A stretch of 64,000 bases of DNA from Balanoglossus misakiensis (GCA_040954595.2 CM082578.2:6495519-6559518), one strand, 5' to 3'; positions 37,201-54,495 are shown, numbered from the stretch's first letter. Notes: generated by a model from the letters alone, not told the origin. Made by a program: numbers and translations.

Positions 37201-40200
37201 GAAAAAGTTCTTCTCACAGAAAAAAAACGTTTCACGTATATATGTCAAATGTAAAGAGACATTTTTCGCTTTCCTTGGGTTGTAATCCACTCCACAGACG
37301 TTAACTTTCGTTTGTGAATTACTGCCAAATGATTTCTGTCATATCTGTTCAACCAGGGGTGAGTGCGAGTGTAAATTTTCCCATAAATAAGCAAAAACGG
37401 TGACTTTATTTTGACCCTTTGTAACATTCTGCCCTTTTTTGACAGTTTCTCTTTCTGTGACGTGGATTTCCTTGCATTAGCAGCAACAGCGGGATGTCAG
37501 AATGGTGTACGGTGTATAATGATTCTGTTGAATGGGTATTTGAAAAAGTGTTTGGATGTGAAAGTTCATACAAAATATAGATCTTTTTACCGTGGGGAGT
37601 TTTTCACAAGCCAGCGGGACTGCACTACTAATCATCCAGTTTTGTGTACCTTTATGATGTCAAATTCTTATTTGGATTTATTTGCATCAGATTTATAATT
37701 GTATGTGTCAGCATACTTATGAAAACATACACCATTGCCAGTCAAATAATTTTCAAAATAAAATGATACGTTTGTGAGTGTAAATTGTAACAAAAACACC
37801 AACTTCAAATTCGTACATTCAAATTTTGCTATTTGTCCGACGAAGTCAGAGGTCAAGAAGCCTCAGTCATATACTTAAACATCCCATGATGCAATGTTTT
37901 GTTCAATTCAATGTAGTTCTAAAAAAAAACATGTAAAAGTCTTTTTCAATCTGTGAGTCGGCATACAGTCTTCATTAATCTGATCCTAGATTAAAATATT
38001 TTTGAGAAAATGCAATTCCACACGAATAATGGACATAGAAGACGATTGAAATAATTACAGAAAAATATAATACAAACCATAATCTATATGTTGCATATTT
38101 ATAAACGTATTCCTGGAATATTATCTTACACAAAAGTTGAAATGGAGACTGTATAGCTGCAACCAGAACTTCATTAATCCTAAGCCTGAGGGCTTCCTCG
38201 TTTCCAATCTCATACATTTATTCTTCAAGGATTAGTCACTCTGTTAGCATGTATTGCAATCCAGAATATAATGATGTACATGTATTTGTATTTCACAGTA
38301 TTTACAGGTCCATCAGTCCTAATGACGAGGGTGTGAAGCATTTTCAGATTGATCCAAAGAATATGGAAGTCAAATTTTGAAAAATTGAATTACATATTAC
38401 ACTGTTTCAACATAACGATATTTGCTACGGATTTTTTTTTTTCCGTTTATAAGAAATGCTGATTTTCACCCTTGTCGTGTTAGTCAGTTTTGCACCTTTG
38501 AATTAGAGAACCTCTTAATATTCCATAACTTCACTTTACAAAGCTCAAAAAATCTATCAATTTACTGCTTGGCTAAATTTCACTGTTTACATGCAGGAAG
38601 GACCATGTCTGATTCAGACGATACATCGCCAATCGTTGTTCGTGTTTTCACACTGCTTGTTGTCCGTTAAGTGCGGCGTGCTCATTAAAATACAAATCCA
38701 TTAAATATTATTATATTAATTGCGAAGGGAGGGCTTGTGGTCCCAGTAGTGTGCGTTGGAGGATATTTTGTAATCGTAATGAAGAAAAAATCCAATTTGA
38801 AATGTCAAATGCATCTTAATCCCACACTGACTACATGCGCATACATTAAATATATTGCTAGATTTTCATTATTAATTTCATTTTCAGGAAGTCTTTTTTC
38901 TTGCTTCGAGTTACAGTGAGCGATGGGCAAAGGTTGTAAACTGCACCATGATTAAAGCGTTTTGAATGGAATAATAAATAGCAATCAATTAGGCGCATGA
39001 AGTAAGACATGATTCGGCGGCCGAAAGCAACTCGCAGTCGCAGATGGACTGTCGCACTAATTGCCTTGGAAGCTTAAAGTTGCCACATCAATCACGCAAT
39101 AAAAAAATAAATCCGTCCGAAAGGGAGCCGGCTTCCCACGCAATTCTGTGACGTCAAATTGACTTTTTTCCTTTTAAAGTGAGCGTGCTACGATCCTGGC
39201 ATTTCTCGAGTCTTGCTGCGGGGCTGTACAGATGTAACCTGTATGTCGCGTCGGTTCAAAAGCTCAACATTATTAAACTGAAATTGGCAAGGTACATTTC
39301 AATCCCCATTTGGAATACATACAACTCAAAATTGGACATCAAAATTTTGAAATCCAACGGGAATCAAACTTTTTTGAAATATCATGTTTTTTATTGTAGT
39401 TTGGTGTTAATTTTGGATTGTAGCCCATGAATTCAATTTAAAATTATGACAAAAATGTCAATCGTTTCCATATTGTTGCAGTTGGTACCCCCCCCCCTCC
39501 CCCTGTTCCAAATGCAGTGGCCTTGATTGTGTTTCTTATTCAGGGGAACTATTTGTGACTTCTTTTCTTCACCTTCTGTACTCTTGCTCTGTGTATATCA
39601 TCCACACAGTCTTGTGCAGCATTGTTGTTGTTGATTTTAGATTGAACTTCAGTTTTCAGCCATACCAGTTATCCATGATCACACCCACACAGTCTCTGTT
39701 GACAAGATGAACCAGTCTTCCATCAGAATCTTCAACAACAATAAACAACTCATTTTTTTCACAAACAACCTACAGAGCAAATTATTAACCAAAGAACAGT
39801 AGCCAGGTGGCAGCTACGCGTTTGAAATTTGTGAAACTGATTTTTTTCCTTGTGTGCAATCTCATCACCATAGTACAAGGTCACATATAAAAAGAAATGT
39901 TAATTTGCATATGTATGAAGTGGTATAATATCATTTATGAGCAATGGTGATTGTTCAGTAATCTTATTTGCTCCAGGCATAGAGGGTCTGTGCTCATTCA
40001 AATAATTTGCTGTACTGGACTTGATTAGTATATTGAGTGTTCTTAGTGTGTTTGCGACGTGGACTTGCCATGTTAAGTCTGTAACACATATTGCCATGAC
40101 CTGGACCATAACTCCTCATCAAAATTGCATCTCTTATGTGATTTGGAGTGTAATTGTGTCGTGTACGTGTCTTGGAGGCATGGTCATATTGTTGTTGTGT

Positions 40201-43200
40201 TAAATTTACAGAGAAGAAAGAATACAGTGATTTACAAATTCATGTATGTGTTAATATTCCTTGAAAAAAAACATGTCAGTTATAAGCTTTTGAAAATTCT
40301 TCAGCAATTTGAAATTTTGTTCCAGCAAGACCAAATATTAAATTCTCTTGGAAGAATTGTGTTCTGTTAAACAGGAAATCAGGATTTTTACAATCATTTC
40401 AAAAGATTTATAAGTGAATAAAATTATAAGATTTGTAATAAAGCGTTAAAAATTAGAAGAGAAATCCATAACATGTGAGAGATAGCTTGCTAAAAATATG
40501 TGTTTTATTGTGGTCTTAAAACTTCATTATTATGAGCAGACATGTAATTGCTTCCTTAACATTAAAAGTAGAAGTGTATGCAAATGTCGGGGAAAATGAC
40601 CTAATTTATATTCCAGAGATGCCTGAGGCGCCAGGCAATCTCTGTTTCTCATCTTGCCTATATTGAGTTTGTACTCATGAACAGTTACCGTCTGTATCTA
40701 GGCCATCAATTGACAAATTTGAATTTGATTTGGTTAGGATTTCAACGAGGTGAATGCAGAATGGAATGAGAGAATGTCGAGTGTGGTGTGGGGCCACTAG
40801 GGAGCGTGGTACGTGTCGTGTGAGTTCTGCCACAGGGGATTGTGGGTGGGAGCGGGGCGTTGTGGAGTATGGTAATACTGGGTAGCCAATTAAGAAGTTT
40901 TGCATAAGGAGAGGTCTGGGCAAATGGTGGACTTTGGAACATGGGGAATGTAGTATTTTAGGGGGGGGGGGGTCACAGGAGTTTTTGATACTATTGTGAA
41001 GTCAGGATTGATGCTACACTTCTGAGTGGGGGCTATCACTGGGAGTTTTATTGCATGTAGTTTTTAACACCAGGGCCATTGTACATTGTACTTCTTTGTA
41101 ACTGAATTTCTCAGAACTGTAACTAAGCAACAGAACTGAGATGTATTGGCATTGAAAACCCAAACCCAAATCATCAATCTCACAATTTTCCTAGAAAATG
41201 TCACATTATCAACAAAATACATGAAATTGATACTAGTAAATATCAAAAGGAAATATTTTTCGGTGGATTCAAAGGCATGTCCATGCAGTCATGGACAATC
41301 ACGGTATATTTCATGACTTTTTCTCTTTGTCTCCTAGGTGATGATATACCTTATTGATCACGTGCTTCCAGACAGCTATTTTGCAAATAACCTACGGGCA
41401 TTATCCGTGGACATGGCAGTATTCCGACAGCTCCTACATATCAAGCTACCGGGTCTATCAAAGCACTTGGACAATTTACAACGCGCTGCCAATGATGATG
41501 GTTCTGGTAAGTGGACTCTAGAGGGCACTCTTTGCAGCCGTGGCTGGAATTTGATTGCGTGTGTATTTTCGTATCTGAGTTGTCCAATAGTATTTCTTTT
41601 GAGGAATACATGTGAACATGTACCAGGTAACTTAGCTACGAACCACTTAGAATACGGTTTCTCATGTATAAGCATTTGTGCCTGATGAATAAAGAGTGAC
41701 TCAAGACTCCTCTATCAAAGTTTTGTTTCAATGTTGACTTTCCATTCATTGAATTGCACATTTTGAAATCTTATATTTTTCTATATTGAATGACCCTTAC
41801 ACAATCAGGGGAAAAAACACGATTTTAACAGCATCTATTCTATTTTCTGCCCAGGTCACTACGAACCGCCTTTGACAAACGTCTTCACTATGCAATGGTT
41901 TTTGACTCTCTTTGCCACTTGTCTTCCAATACAAACCGTTCTGCGTGTGTGGGACTCTGTGTTCCTGGAGGGCAGTGAGATCCTCCTACGTACAGCACTA
42001 GCCATTTGGGCAAAACTCGGAGAGTAAGTCGCTTTCTTCGATTGTCTCTCGAATTTTCAGAAGTTTTTTTACCAAAGTCAAGAGAGGCTTTACATCCTAT
42101 CCTGTTGCAGCAATTATCTAAGCACTCCTGCCATCAAGGTTTTACCATTAAATTTCTAGGTTTTATGTCATTCTATTTAAATCGATTTTATGCCATGTAT
42201 ACTGATAAATGCAAGGTTGATGAAAGTCAAAATGTGTAGCACCACGTACTGCATACAAAGTAAAGTTGTACGAGTGTGGTACTGCAGGTTCTGTGCAATT
42301 GCTTTTCATTTCATCTTTCCTGACATAGACTTTGTTCACACAGTCCTTACACATTACGAAGCATTATCATACCCGCCTCAGCCTTTTCACAACCAGTGTC
42401 GCGCAAAAGCGACTGACCAAATCAGTCGAACTGCAGAATAGGAAGATTTGTTATGTTTTTGTTGAGATGCAAATCATTTAGCATGAACAACACTCTTCAT
42501 GATGTGTTATATAAGTTCCCTTTGCTTTTTTCCCCCTCATCAATTATTCTCTTGCTGCCACGTCAACCGGAATAGAATACAAGGCGAAAAGCCATGCGAG
42601 AGCACGGCCAATGAAACTAAACCAGTTGACAGTGCAATTGACAAAATCCAGTCAGAGTCATGTAGATCAGAGTTATGCAAATCGGATGATGATGATGATG
42701 ATGGTCACGCTGAGGTCCCCGTGTTAAGGTCTGAGTCACATGACCAACATTATGGTTGCTGCATTGTTTTTGTTTTCAATTGGCAGCGTATTAAAATATA
42801 TGTAGTTTGCGGTTTTGAGCGATGATCTTAGTACATAGATTCAAAGTTACTAATATCCCTACTGTTTGAATATCTATTCATAACACAAGTTGGTTTTAGA
42901 GCAGCTGGCTCTCACTTCGCAGTTTCTGTATAATATTTCTAATCACCATTCTGTTTCGTTCTTCTGTCTGTTTGACAAGTATTCAGAATTGCTGATTTTG
43001 GTGTGACGACTTTAATCATTCTAATCAAATGAAACATTTGATGAGCTACGTATAACACTGAAAAAACTCTTCCTATTAACAACCAAGTGAACTTTTTCTT
43101 GTGATACCTGTGTCTGTCAAGTACTCATCTTTTGTTTGCTGTTGACCTTTAATTGTAATTATAAATTTTTTGAAAATCACGTCATTTTGCAATCTGTGAT

Positions 43201-46200
43201 GATGCAGGTAAGAGCTGGTTGCTGATCAAAGACACACCCCACCTACGCATATCTTCTGTGTGTGTCAACATTTTGCTGTGTGTTTCAAGTAGAGCAGCAG
43301 CATTGCACCGTTAAATAGCTGTCGCGTAATTTCAAAGAACAGCCCGTGCAAAAATTTGACTGCAATGACAGTTTTTCCCCAGTTGATTTTGAGGCAGTCT
43401 GACATGAGACTGTTTCCAAAATTGCGATTTTTGGTTTGAAGAGAAAGCATGTGGGAAGTTGGTCTCAGACATGGTCAAGTGGTCACATGTCAGCCTGCTG
43501 TCCAACAGATATAATTTTGCCACAACGTTCTCTGGCAGTGAGTAATTGTTGTTCTTCTTCACATTGCAGTCGTATTGAGCAAGCCAAATCAGCCGACGAG
43601 TTCTACACGACCATGGGATTACTGACCAATGAAATGATGCAACACAACCTTGTTGACGGTGACGAACTTATACAGGTAATGGAGTGTTGAGGTATTATTC
43701 AAATTACCAAGCCAGTGATACACACCATTTAGACTTACTCATTTATCACATGAATTGCATGCCAATTAGAGTGTGGTTGTGGTCGCTTGTGTGGGTACAC
43801 CCATGACATGCTGTTCTTATCATAGGCACTGCAGATATTGCCTTGAGAATGTGGCATATCCTTACACCTTAAATTTCTAAAATTGTACTGAGACAATTTA
43901 CGTGCAAGTGTAGCACAGCGAAGCAGGAAACTAGTATGTTTCTCATGCAACCATGATTTATAGGATGACCACTCTCCATTCACAATGTGTCTATTCTCTC
44001 CCCCCCCCCCCCCCTTTCCCATTCCAGACTATTTACAACATGGCGCCGTTTCCATTCCCTCACCTGGATGAAATCCGGGAAAAGTACATGTACAGCATCA
44101 CTCCGTTCACACCCATCGGAGCCATGGAGAAGTCTGGCAAAGGCTCGGAAAAGTCCAAAGCGGGGACATCAACGTCGGCCAGTGACGAGGAGATCGATCT
44201 GGACGAGGACGACCTGCAGGCCATCAATTGTTTTGGTGTCTTTGCTGGTATGCCACCACCATCACCACAGAAAAGGATAGAAAACGGTAAATAGCTGCCT
44301 TTGAATTCTTCAACCCATTTAATACTGAGTGCCACATTTTGATATTGCATGTGAGTGGTCTGCAGAGAGACAGAGCATAGACTGTAATTTTTGCAGGTTA
44401 CAACATTTATGTACTTGACACAATGACAGGGATGTAGAACATTTACTTCATATTTTCAGAGCTTGCCAGTTGTTGGCTGTTTTCCTACATCAATGGCAAA
44501 TTGTACTAACTTTGCATGTTGGTGTAGGAAAGAAATAGAGATAAATTGACCAATCATAGACAGTCTTATGGGGCTGCTTTGTGTGAGTCCACATGGCTTC
44601 ATGCACAACCGTACATTTGCTTGTAAAAACATCTCAATAGCGATTTGACTTAATTGGCATTAAATTCAGACGTTTTTCCATATTCCACCACAGGTGATAG
44701 TTCAGACAGCAATGACATCACCAACGTGAGCCCCGGCGCGTTTTCCACCAGCATGGACATGAGTTGGAACCAGAAGATATCGTCGGCCATGTTGGAGAGA
44801 ATGTCCATGGATGTGTACGCCTTGAAGCGGCAGTATTGGAAAATCCAGACCCGGCAGCAACAGGCCCATGTTGTGTACGGTTCATCTGTGAAAACAGACG
44901 CCCCAGGTGAGGTTGTCATATGTTTGTGATTTCGAACACATTATCAAAGGAAGGCAGAGCTAGAATGATACTGTGCTGTACCTACCATTCAGTGACATTT
45001 GCTTTGATTAATGATAATACCTCGGTACATGTATCTCATGGCAGTCTCGATGCTTCTCTCGCTTTCAGACGGTGCGAAGAAGTTGGTGAGGAAAAACATA
45101 ACGCCACACATTGAGAAGCCGCCTGTTATGAATCATTTGTTCGTTGGCAAGAAAGGTGAGTGCACTACAGAGGGTCTCCGGGTGCAGAGAAACAACACTG
45201 TCAGTGGCAAGGAGGATCATGAGCTCCTATGTAACCATTAGAAACCAAAAATAAAAGGGTGCATTATAACATAATTCAAGCTTGTAGTGCTTTAGGTACT
45301 ATCACCTAAGTCTTGTAGTGAGCGCTACGTCCAATCACTGATCTGCCAAACGTTTCATGACAGTTACAGAAGCTGACCAGAACTATATTGGCTTTTAACG
45401 TTACATGCAATATTTGGTGAAAATATATATTAATTTGATCATCATGATCACGACCTAACAGTAAACATTTTCTATGTTTTCACAATTCAGGCCTGGGAAC
45501 AAGAAATAAACGCGTCACTGCGGGACCGAGGATCGCCTCACCCGCTCAGAGTCACGCCACAGCCATCAATCACCTGCGAATCAGGGCACACGTGAACGCG
45601 CATGTGGCCAAGGCGTCCGCGTCAAGTTCATCCCAAGAATCGCCGACAGAGACTGCCAAAGCTGACGCGGAGGAGCGACGCGTTGCCGGGGAAACAGAAA
45701 CGGGGGATGGGGAGATTGTGCAGAACGGCAGCGAGGAAAGGATGGAATCAGAGGGAGAAAACGGCAACGACAGCGAAAGCGATACAGTCAGCGATAACGT
45801 GTTCTCAGACTCGAACAGTACTCCGTCTGAGAATTCCCCGCACAGCTACGCGTCCACACCGTCAAGTGGTGCGGGAGATCATGTCGCCGCTGAAGACCCC
45901 ATGTGCAATGGACAGACAGACAGTTTGAACAGCGGAACTGAGGAAGCAGCGAATTGTGCAAGTGACGCAAACGGTTCAGAATCAGGCAGCGAAGCGCCGG
46001 TTGTTGATCACACGGAACCCAAATTAGCCGTACTGATTGATCTGGAGGATTCCCACGCAGGGTGCAGTAGGGCGGAGACACAGGACGGCAGGAGTAGTGA
46101 CAGTGACAGTGAGAGGAGGACAGTGCAGGGGGGTAAGGGGCACTTTAAATTTGACGTGTCATCAATCGCCGCAAAGCTGACAGAAGGTTCCAGCAAGCAG

Positions 46201-46944
46201 TCCGTTTCGCAACAACTGTCAGTGGCACGACAAAGTCATGCCAAGAATCACAAACAAAGCCAGAGCGTTGAAGACAAGGGAACCAAAAACGGGGGAGAGC
46301 GTGTGACCCACCAGGACCCATCACAGCACAGCAGGGCGCACGAACATGAACCCATTCCGGAACACAAACAAAACGGGCACGTGGCCACCCACCAGCCCTA
46401 CAGGAAGTCGTCCAACGCGACGTCGAATCAGCCCCAGCAGCAGCAACAGGAACAGAAGCCCAAGAAACCCATGACGCTTCTGGAGATGGCAACTCAGGCC
46501 ACCACCCTGAGCGCCCACCGGGCTCCCAACACGGCCAGCGTGCCGCCCACAGAGACGCAGCACCCCAGCGAGACCGCCGTGCTGCCGGTGCAGACGGTGG
46601 AGGAGAAGATCGCCGCTTTCTCGCTCAGCAGCAAGAAGAAGCGGCACCGCTCGGCCAGCAGCATACAGCAGTCACTGCCGCAGCAGACGGCGAACCCCAA
46701 AGTCAAGGCCTTCAACCCGTTCCCCCAGCGCTCGTTGAAAAGCGGACTGACGCAGGCCAAGTCGGGCAACAAGTTCGGCTTGTACGGATCGCACTCCGTC
46801 AGTAAGGCCCATCATCACCACCACCATCATCTTCACAATCATCATTATCATCACCACCACCCGAGGAATGTGCCAACGACCAAACTGAGCTCAAACCACA
46901 GCATGGTCTCCGAGTTGAAGTTTGTGAGAATGTCCTCCAGTTGA
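4659..46944 (+). CDS. TBC1D30: TBC1 domain family member 30 (Rab GTPase-activating protein), 12 exons, ~1158 aa
   Basis: Exons 4659-5073, 15666-15830, 23318-23379, 23816-24007, 25526-25711, 41338-41506, 41855-42023, 43570-43675, 44028-44286, 44694-44906, 45069-45155, 45491-46944; all GT-AG with matching phases (3477 nt). TBC motifs IVKDLHRTG (Arg finger) and GYCQGFN (Gln finger). TBC1D30-specific stretches include 'LQAVSQKRRIDT', 'FNERSNPDDD..GIQIVK', 'YEPPLTNVFTMQWFLTLFATCLP' and 'MAPFPFP'. Confidence 0.95.
6184..6296. mobile_element. Partial copy of the CAGTGTTCTC-ended (hAT-like) MITE family
   Basis: Reverse-orientation match to the copies at 20280-20424 and 53228-53372 (cagtgttctccccagagcaattaaagcatggtggccaccactc...). 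Confidence 0.75.
8833..9025. mobile_element. MITE with ~22-bp TIRs and TA target-site duplication (Tc1/mariner-like)
   Basis: ta|ctgtaaaacgggttattttcgc ... gcgaaaataacccgttttacag|ta. Confidence 0.85.
11332..11446. repeat. Long palindrome (~49-bp arms), foldback element
   Basis: acatatctatcagaaactgccagatgcgtgtttttgatgaaataaatac - 16 nt loop - gtatttatttcatcaaaaaacactcatctggcagtttccgatagatatgt; about 3 differences between arms. Confidence 0.9.
13472..13556. repeat. Diverged copy of the interspersed repeat also at 33913-34002 and 60006-60094
   Basis: Shared core ggtggcac...gtgtgccaccyactg.aaa.ctgtgattggct...ccatg.taac. Confidence 0.6.
20280..20424. mobile_element. MITE with CAGTGTTCTC(T/C)CCAG terminal inverted repeats (hAT-like ends)
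   Basis: cagtgttctctccag ... ctggggagaacactg; close match to the copy at 53228-53372. No clear target-site duplication here. Confidence 0.8.
25231..25520. repeat. Compound (GAT)n/(GGT)n microsatellite abutting a splice acceptor
   Basis: Runs of GAT, GGT and GAT/AAT directly upstream of TBC1D30 exon 5 (AG at 25524-25525). Confidence 0.95.
27007..27437. repeat. Diverged tandem duplication (two units, ~250 and ~170 bp)
   Basis: tctgaatacgtaatgaaagaatgggaaa...ctgacagcatgggaaatgaagcc...gatgagaattgatt.aggggg occurs at ~27007 and again at ~27270. Confidence 0.85.
32343..32426 (-). CDS. Candidate sarcolamban/sarcolipin/phospholamban-like 27-aa transmembrane micropeptide, nested antisense in TBC1D30 intron 5
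   Basis: MADMARNFFKICLGLAIVCFIVYLDMP*. The ATG is 1 nt after a TTTAG acceptor with an upstream T-rich tract, and the stop is followed 1 nt later by a consensus AG|GTAAGT donor (32341). An upstream non-coding exon ends at a GTAAGT donor (32783). Similarity to Drosophila sarcolamban is recalled from memory, not computed. Confidence 0.6.
   Translation of the reverse strand: MADMARNFFKICLGLAIVCFIVYLDMP
32762..32907. promoter_or_regulatory. CpG-rich internal promoter region: CRE, RFX X-box-like palindrome and TATA-like element
   Basis: TGACGTCA at 32762-32769; GTTGCCAGGGCAAC at 32814-32827; minus-strand TTTTAAATAGG at 32897-32907, about 115 bp upstream of the 32783 donor. Confidence 0.5.
33913..34002. 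repeat. Interspersed repeat (DNA-transposon-derived fragment)
   Basis: ctaaagaacatatggtggcactc...ctgtgattggctggatctcaatttgccatgataactg is nearly identical to 60006-60094. Confidence 0.75.
35566..35729. mobile_element. pogo/Tigger-like MITE (CAGTGAAACCTGTC-type TIR, left end decayed)
   Basis: Right end ...ggtgtcctcaatggacaggtttcactg|ta; left end gtgagacctgtcattacggacacc; internal repeated taaggacac units. Confidence 0.65.
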
Positions 46945-49900
46945 AACAACCCTGTGTAAGACAACCAGTCGTGCATTATTGCTAATTTATGTTAGCGATG
47001 AAACACGGTTACTTTTCTAGTAACCGTGGTTGAAACAACCCTGTCTGCAGACAGCGTCATGCGTTATGGCAAAATTATTTTTGTCATTGGCACATATTGC
47101 GAGTTTTGTTGATGTTGCAATGTTGAAATACCCTACTGTGTACTTCCTTTGTTCAGATTTATCCAGGAAAGTGATGTAGAATAGATATAAGTCAGTATTC
47201 TTAAAATATGGAGTTCTGAGATCTATTCCTGGTTACTGTTTATAATGAACAACGAATGTGAGATGTAGACATTGTGTGTATACTCTGCTAATGCTATGAT
47301 CACAATGGGTTCATTCATAAAAAAAAAAACATATTATAGAGTCTTAAAAAAAGATTTATATATATATTTATGTCGGCTATTCAGTTGCCAGGAAGGTTGA
47401 TTACACTTCAAACTTCAGAAACAGTTTCCTACAGGTCCCATGCTGGGAGATATTTACATATTGCATGCTGAAAATCAGTGTCACCTGGATGATGTGAGAG
47501 GGGGACTAAGTTTTTGTGTATGTAAATTTGTTTGGTCATTCATTCATTGAATCATTGATTCATTCCACTGTTTAGTTCATCCCACATAGTGGTACCATGC
47601 CAACCTATACCATGAATTGTTACTAGATGCTTTCATTCTGCGAGGGCTGTGTAGTTACAATTATACTGCACAGTCAATGTTAGTTATTAGTATAAGGAAA
47701 CACGTACACCATGACATGTCACCAACTTTTAGTAACTGCATAGTATTGATACATGTCTGTAGAAAGTCTCTTCGGGACTAGATAATTGTGACTGTTTGAA
47801 ATCAGGAATGACTGACCTTTGATTTTAGGTTGTAAAGAAAGGGTCATCGTCATTCCTATATGAAGTATGTGTGTACATATGTTTGGACAAAGCCTTTATC
47901 AATTAATATGCAAGTACTGTAGGTAAAAGAGTATTCAGAACACAAATTTTAAACCTTTACTTAAATTTGTAGTATACACATACGAATCTGTTTATACAAG
48001 GAAGAAATTTTGAAATAGAAGAGTGGGCATATTATGACAAAATGATGCAAATGACACATTTACTGAAATGATTTATTGCAAATTATACCATGCCAGGCAC
48101 TCATGCTGAATACAGCCTATATGCAGCCATAATAACAGTTATCATCATAGCAACCAGTGGAAAATGTGCAATTCTTTGCCGAGTACAAGTTTTTATTCAG
48201 AATTAGAATTTACGTCTTAACTTCTTTCGTTACTAATCATGTATGTACCCACTATTCTGTGGAGAGTTAAATTACTTTATAGAAATTTGGGAAAGTTCGC
48301 AAATTGATGGGTTTATTACAGTTAATGTTGAAGGAATCATGAAAGGCAAAGGATGGCAAGTCTACCTGAACCATCTTGTGAAGAGAAATGTTGTACATGT
48401 ACATTGTATTGAGTATTAAAGTTTCGGGTACAGTAATCCACCTTGCAATCAAAGAGTAACTCTGATTGGATAGCTCAGTCAAAATGTGGGTGTGATTTAA
48501 TCAAAAAGGGACTCTGATTGGTTGATTCAATCAAAGGGTGTCTATGTTTGGATAGTTAAGGCAAGAAAGACACCAAATGGCCAATCAGTAGGGGATTGCT
48601 CAATTGAAAAAATAATCATTGGCCAGATTTGGTATGAGAATCTTGTAGACAATACTAGAATGTATCCAGACTTTCCAGGGCATGTCTAAAGCCAGTTCTA
48701 TCACACTTTGTAACTAGCATTTATAACTTTCTTCGATGAAAGGAGCATTAATATATAAAATCAAAAGTTCTTCAATATATTTTTATCCGTCAAACAGTTT
48801 TTAAAACATCGCTATTATAAATTCTAGTGTTTAGTTGTGCCACAGAGTTTTCAATGGGCTGTGTGTCTGTTGATTTTGCATGCTTTAAAATTGTCTTGGA
48901 GTCTACAACTGATCTGTTTTTCAGGTATAGCCATACCACAACTTAACCAATGGATTTATTGTCCTGTTTCATAAAGAAAATCACCAAAAGTTACCCAATT
49001 GATCATTTGACTTTTGCGAGCATGTTATCCCTCTGTTAGATATCAAGAGTGAATTTTAGCAAGCATCGAATGGGCCTAAATGCATTGTGATCATCTGAAA
49101 TTATCTTTGCTGGAAGAGCAGACTTGATCTATTCCTTTCTGCGATTGTAATGTTTCACCTTGTTAGTTTTTCCTGATTTTACGAAACTACCTAGTAAATT
49201 TTAATGATAACTGCCAAGTACATGTTGAAATGGTGTATGTCTTCAATCGAATTCTCATAACACCAAACTTTTCCTTTGATTTATGCAATTCTTTGAATGC
49301 GTCATTAGTAATATTCCCATCCAAGATTGTGCACATTTATTAAAAATGATTTGATGAACAGTCAAACATTCAGTACCAAACAACAAAGCCTTTGAGGATA
49401 TCCCAAAATGTACGTTCGCTGTGCATTATATTTTTATAGCAAGACATTTGATAAGAGGACAAGGGAATAGGGTTCAATCATATTATTGGAAGTTTGGAGA
49501 ACTTTATTTCAGTTCTGTTCTGTTGATAAACAGAACCATCTGTAAACATAGGCACTGTACATGTAAGTGCTGTTATTGCACCATGACACCATTGTTTGTT
49601 TTATCTTAGAGCTTTGCTGACTGCCATGTCAGTGTAACAATCATTACAGTCTGATCTACAAAATGTAGATTGCTGGAACTTTCTCAGTTACATATATAAT
49701 TCATCTGTTATTAAGCAATTTTATGAAAGTGAGAAAAAGAATCAAACCAATAGCAGAGTAGATATCGTACAGTGCACGGCTGTATTTATCCCCGACATAA
49801 TTTGCCTGCCATGTGCCTGATGACAGTGCATCTTGTCATCATTTCCTTCTGTGTAGCTGATACAAGTTGTTGATGCCAACAGCAATGGCCAGCTGTGATT

Positions 49901-50942
49901 TACCTTGTCCCAACTGATTTCAAAAACTGGCAAATTTGCAGTTGTTCAGTATTTGCATTTACCTTGCATTTCCAATGTACATTAATTTTCAGTTTTAATA
50001 GTGTGAGCATTTCTCCTCTAGGGTACTATTTATTTAGCTTATGTCTTTTTTCAAGACAAGATTTTATTTCTTGGTTGTACATGTAATAGTCCTCCAGCCA
50101 GTACGTTGACTACAATAAAAAAAACTAACAGACTAAATGAATTTGTTTTATTGTGGTTGTTAATTCTGTGAAGTGTAATAGAATTGTGGTGTGCTTGTAT
50201 GTCAGTCGATGAGATGACATTTGGTAGTATGGATGAGTAAATGAATTTATATTGGCAGAACACACCATTGACTCGTGAAAGGGCGCCCTCTAGAGTACAT
50301 TAGCACCAAACAAGGGGAGACTGTATAGCTTGTGTGGTGTGTATGCTTTTAATGACTACAAAAATAGACTGGATTTCTCATTGGTTTCATTCTTAACCAA
50401 AAATTGTGCATTATAATACTCAACTTAAAAACTCAAATTTGTGTTACTACAGGGTAGTATTACCAAAGTGAAAATACCATTGGGATTACCAAATATTTAT
50501 ACCACCACCACACAACCAAGAAAACATCTGAAGCAACACAAACAATTCTCAAGTAATAATTGTATTTAATGATTCATTTGTTATCATAAACAGACTAATT
50601 TCACATATCATGTTGTATATCAACCTTACATAACAAAATGTTGTGGGGAGAAAAAATAAAATACACGAAGAGGAACCAATTGGTTCAAGAATTTTTTGTG
50701 TGAAAAAAGTGGGGGGACGTAAAGCAGTTGGGAGAGATGCAGTTTGCTCTGAGAAACTTTTGTCGGATACATGGTGTACAGGTATACCATTGTGTCCTAC
50801 TAACGCGCAACCTCCTGAAACTAACTACGACAAGAAGTCAAAATACTGCTTGCGTTGTTACTGGCACAGTCCGATTTCTGCCTATCGTGGAGCTTTTCCT
50901 AAATATGCATCTTTGCATCATTGCAGCGCTGACATGACAGTT

Positions 50943-54473
<3,531 letters not shown>

Positions 54474-54483
54474 GTTGTACACT

Positions 54484-54495
54484 AAAATGGCCGCC
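54484..54495. promoter_or_regulatory. YY1-like motif just upstream of the PSMD6 start codon
   Basis: AAAATGGCCGCC about 11 bp upstream of the ATG; typical of housekeeping promoters / 5' UTRs. Confidence 0.4.

Noticed and set aside
40614-40660. Short hairpin plus a 10-nt antisense match to the miR-31 5' end (AGGCAAGATG)
   Set aside because: The match stops after 10 nt and the segment is not on an arm of a pre-miRNA-sized hairpin.
45602-46860. Several overlapping and antisense ORFs
   Set aside because: Shadows of the GC-rich last coding exon of TBC1D30.
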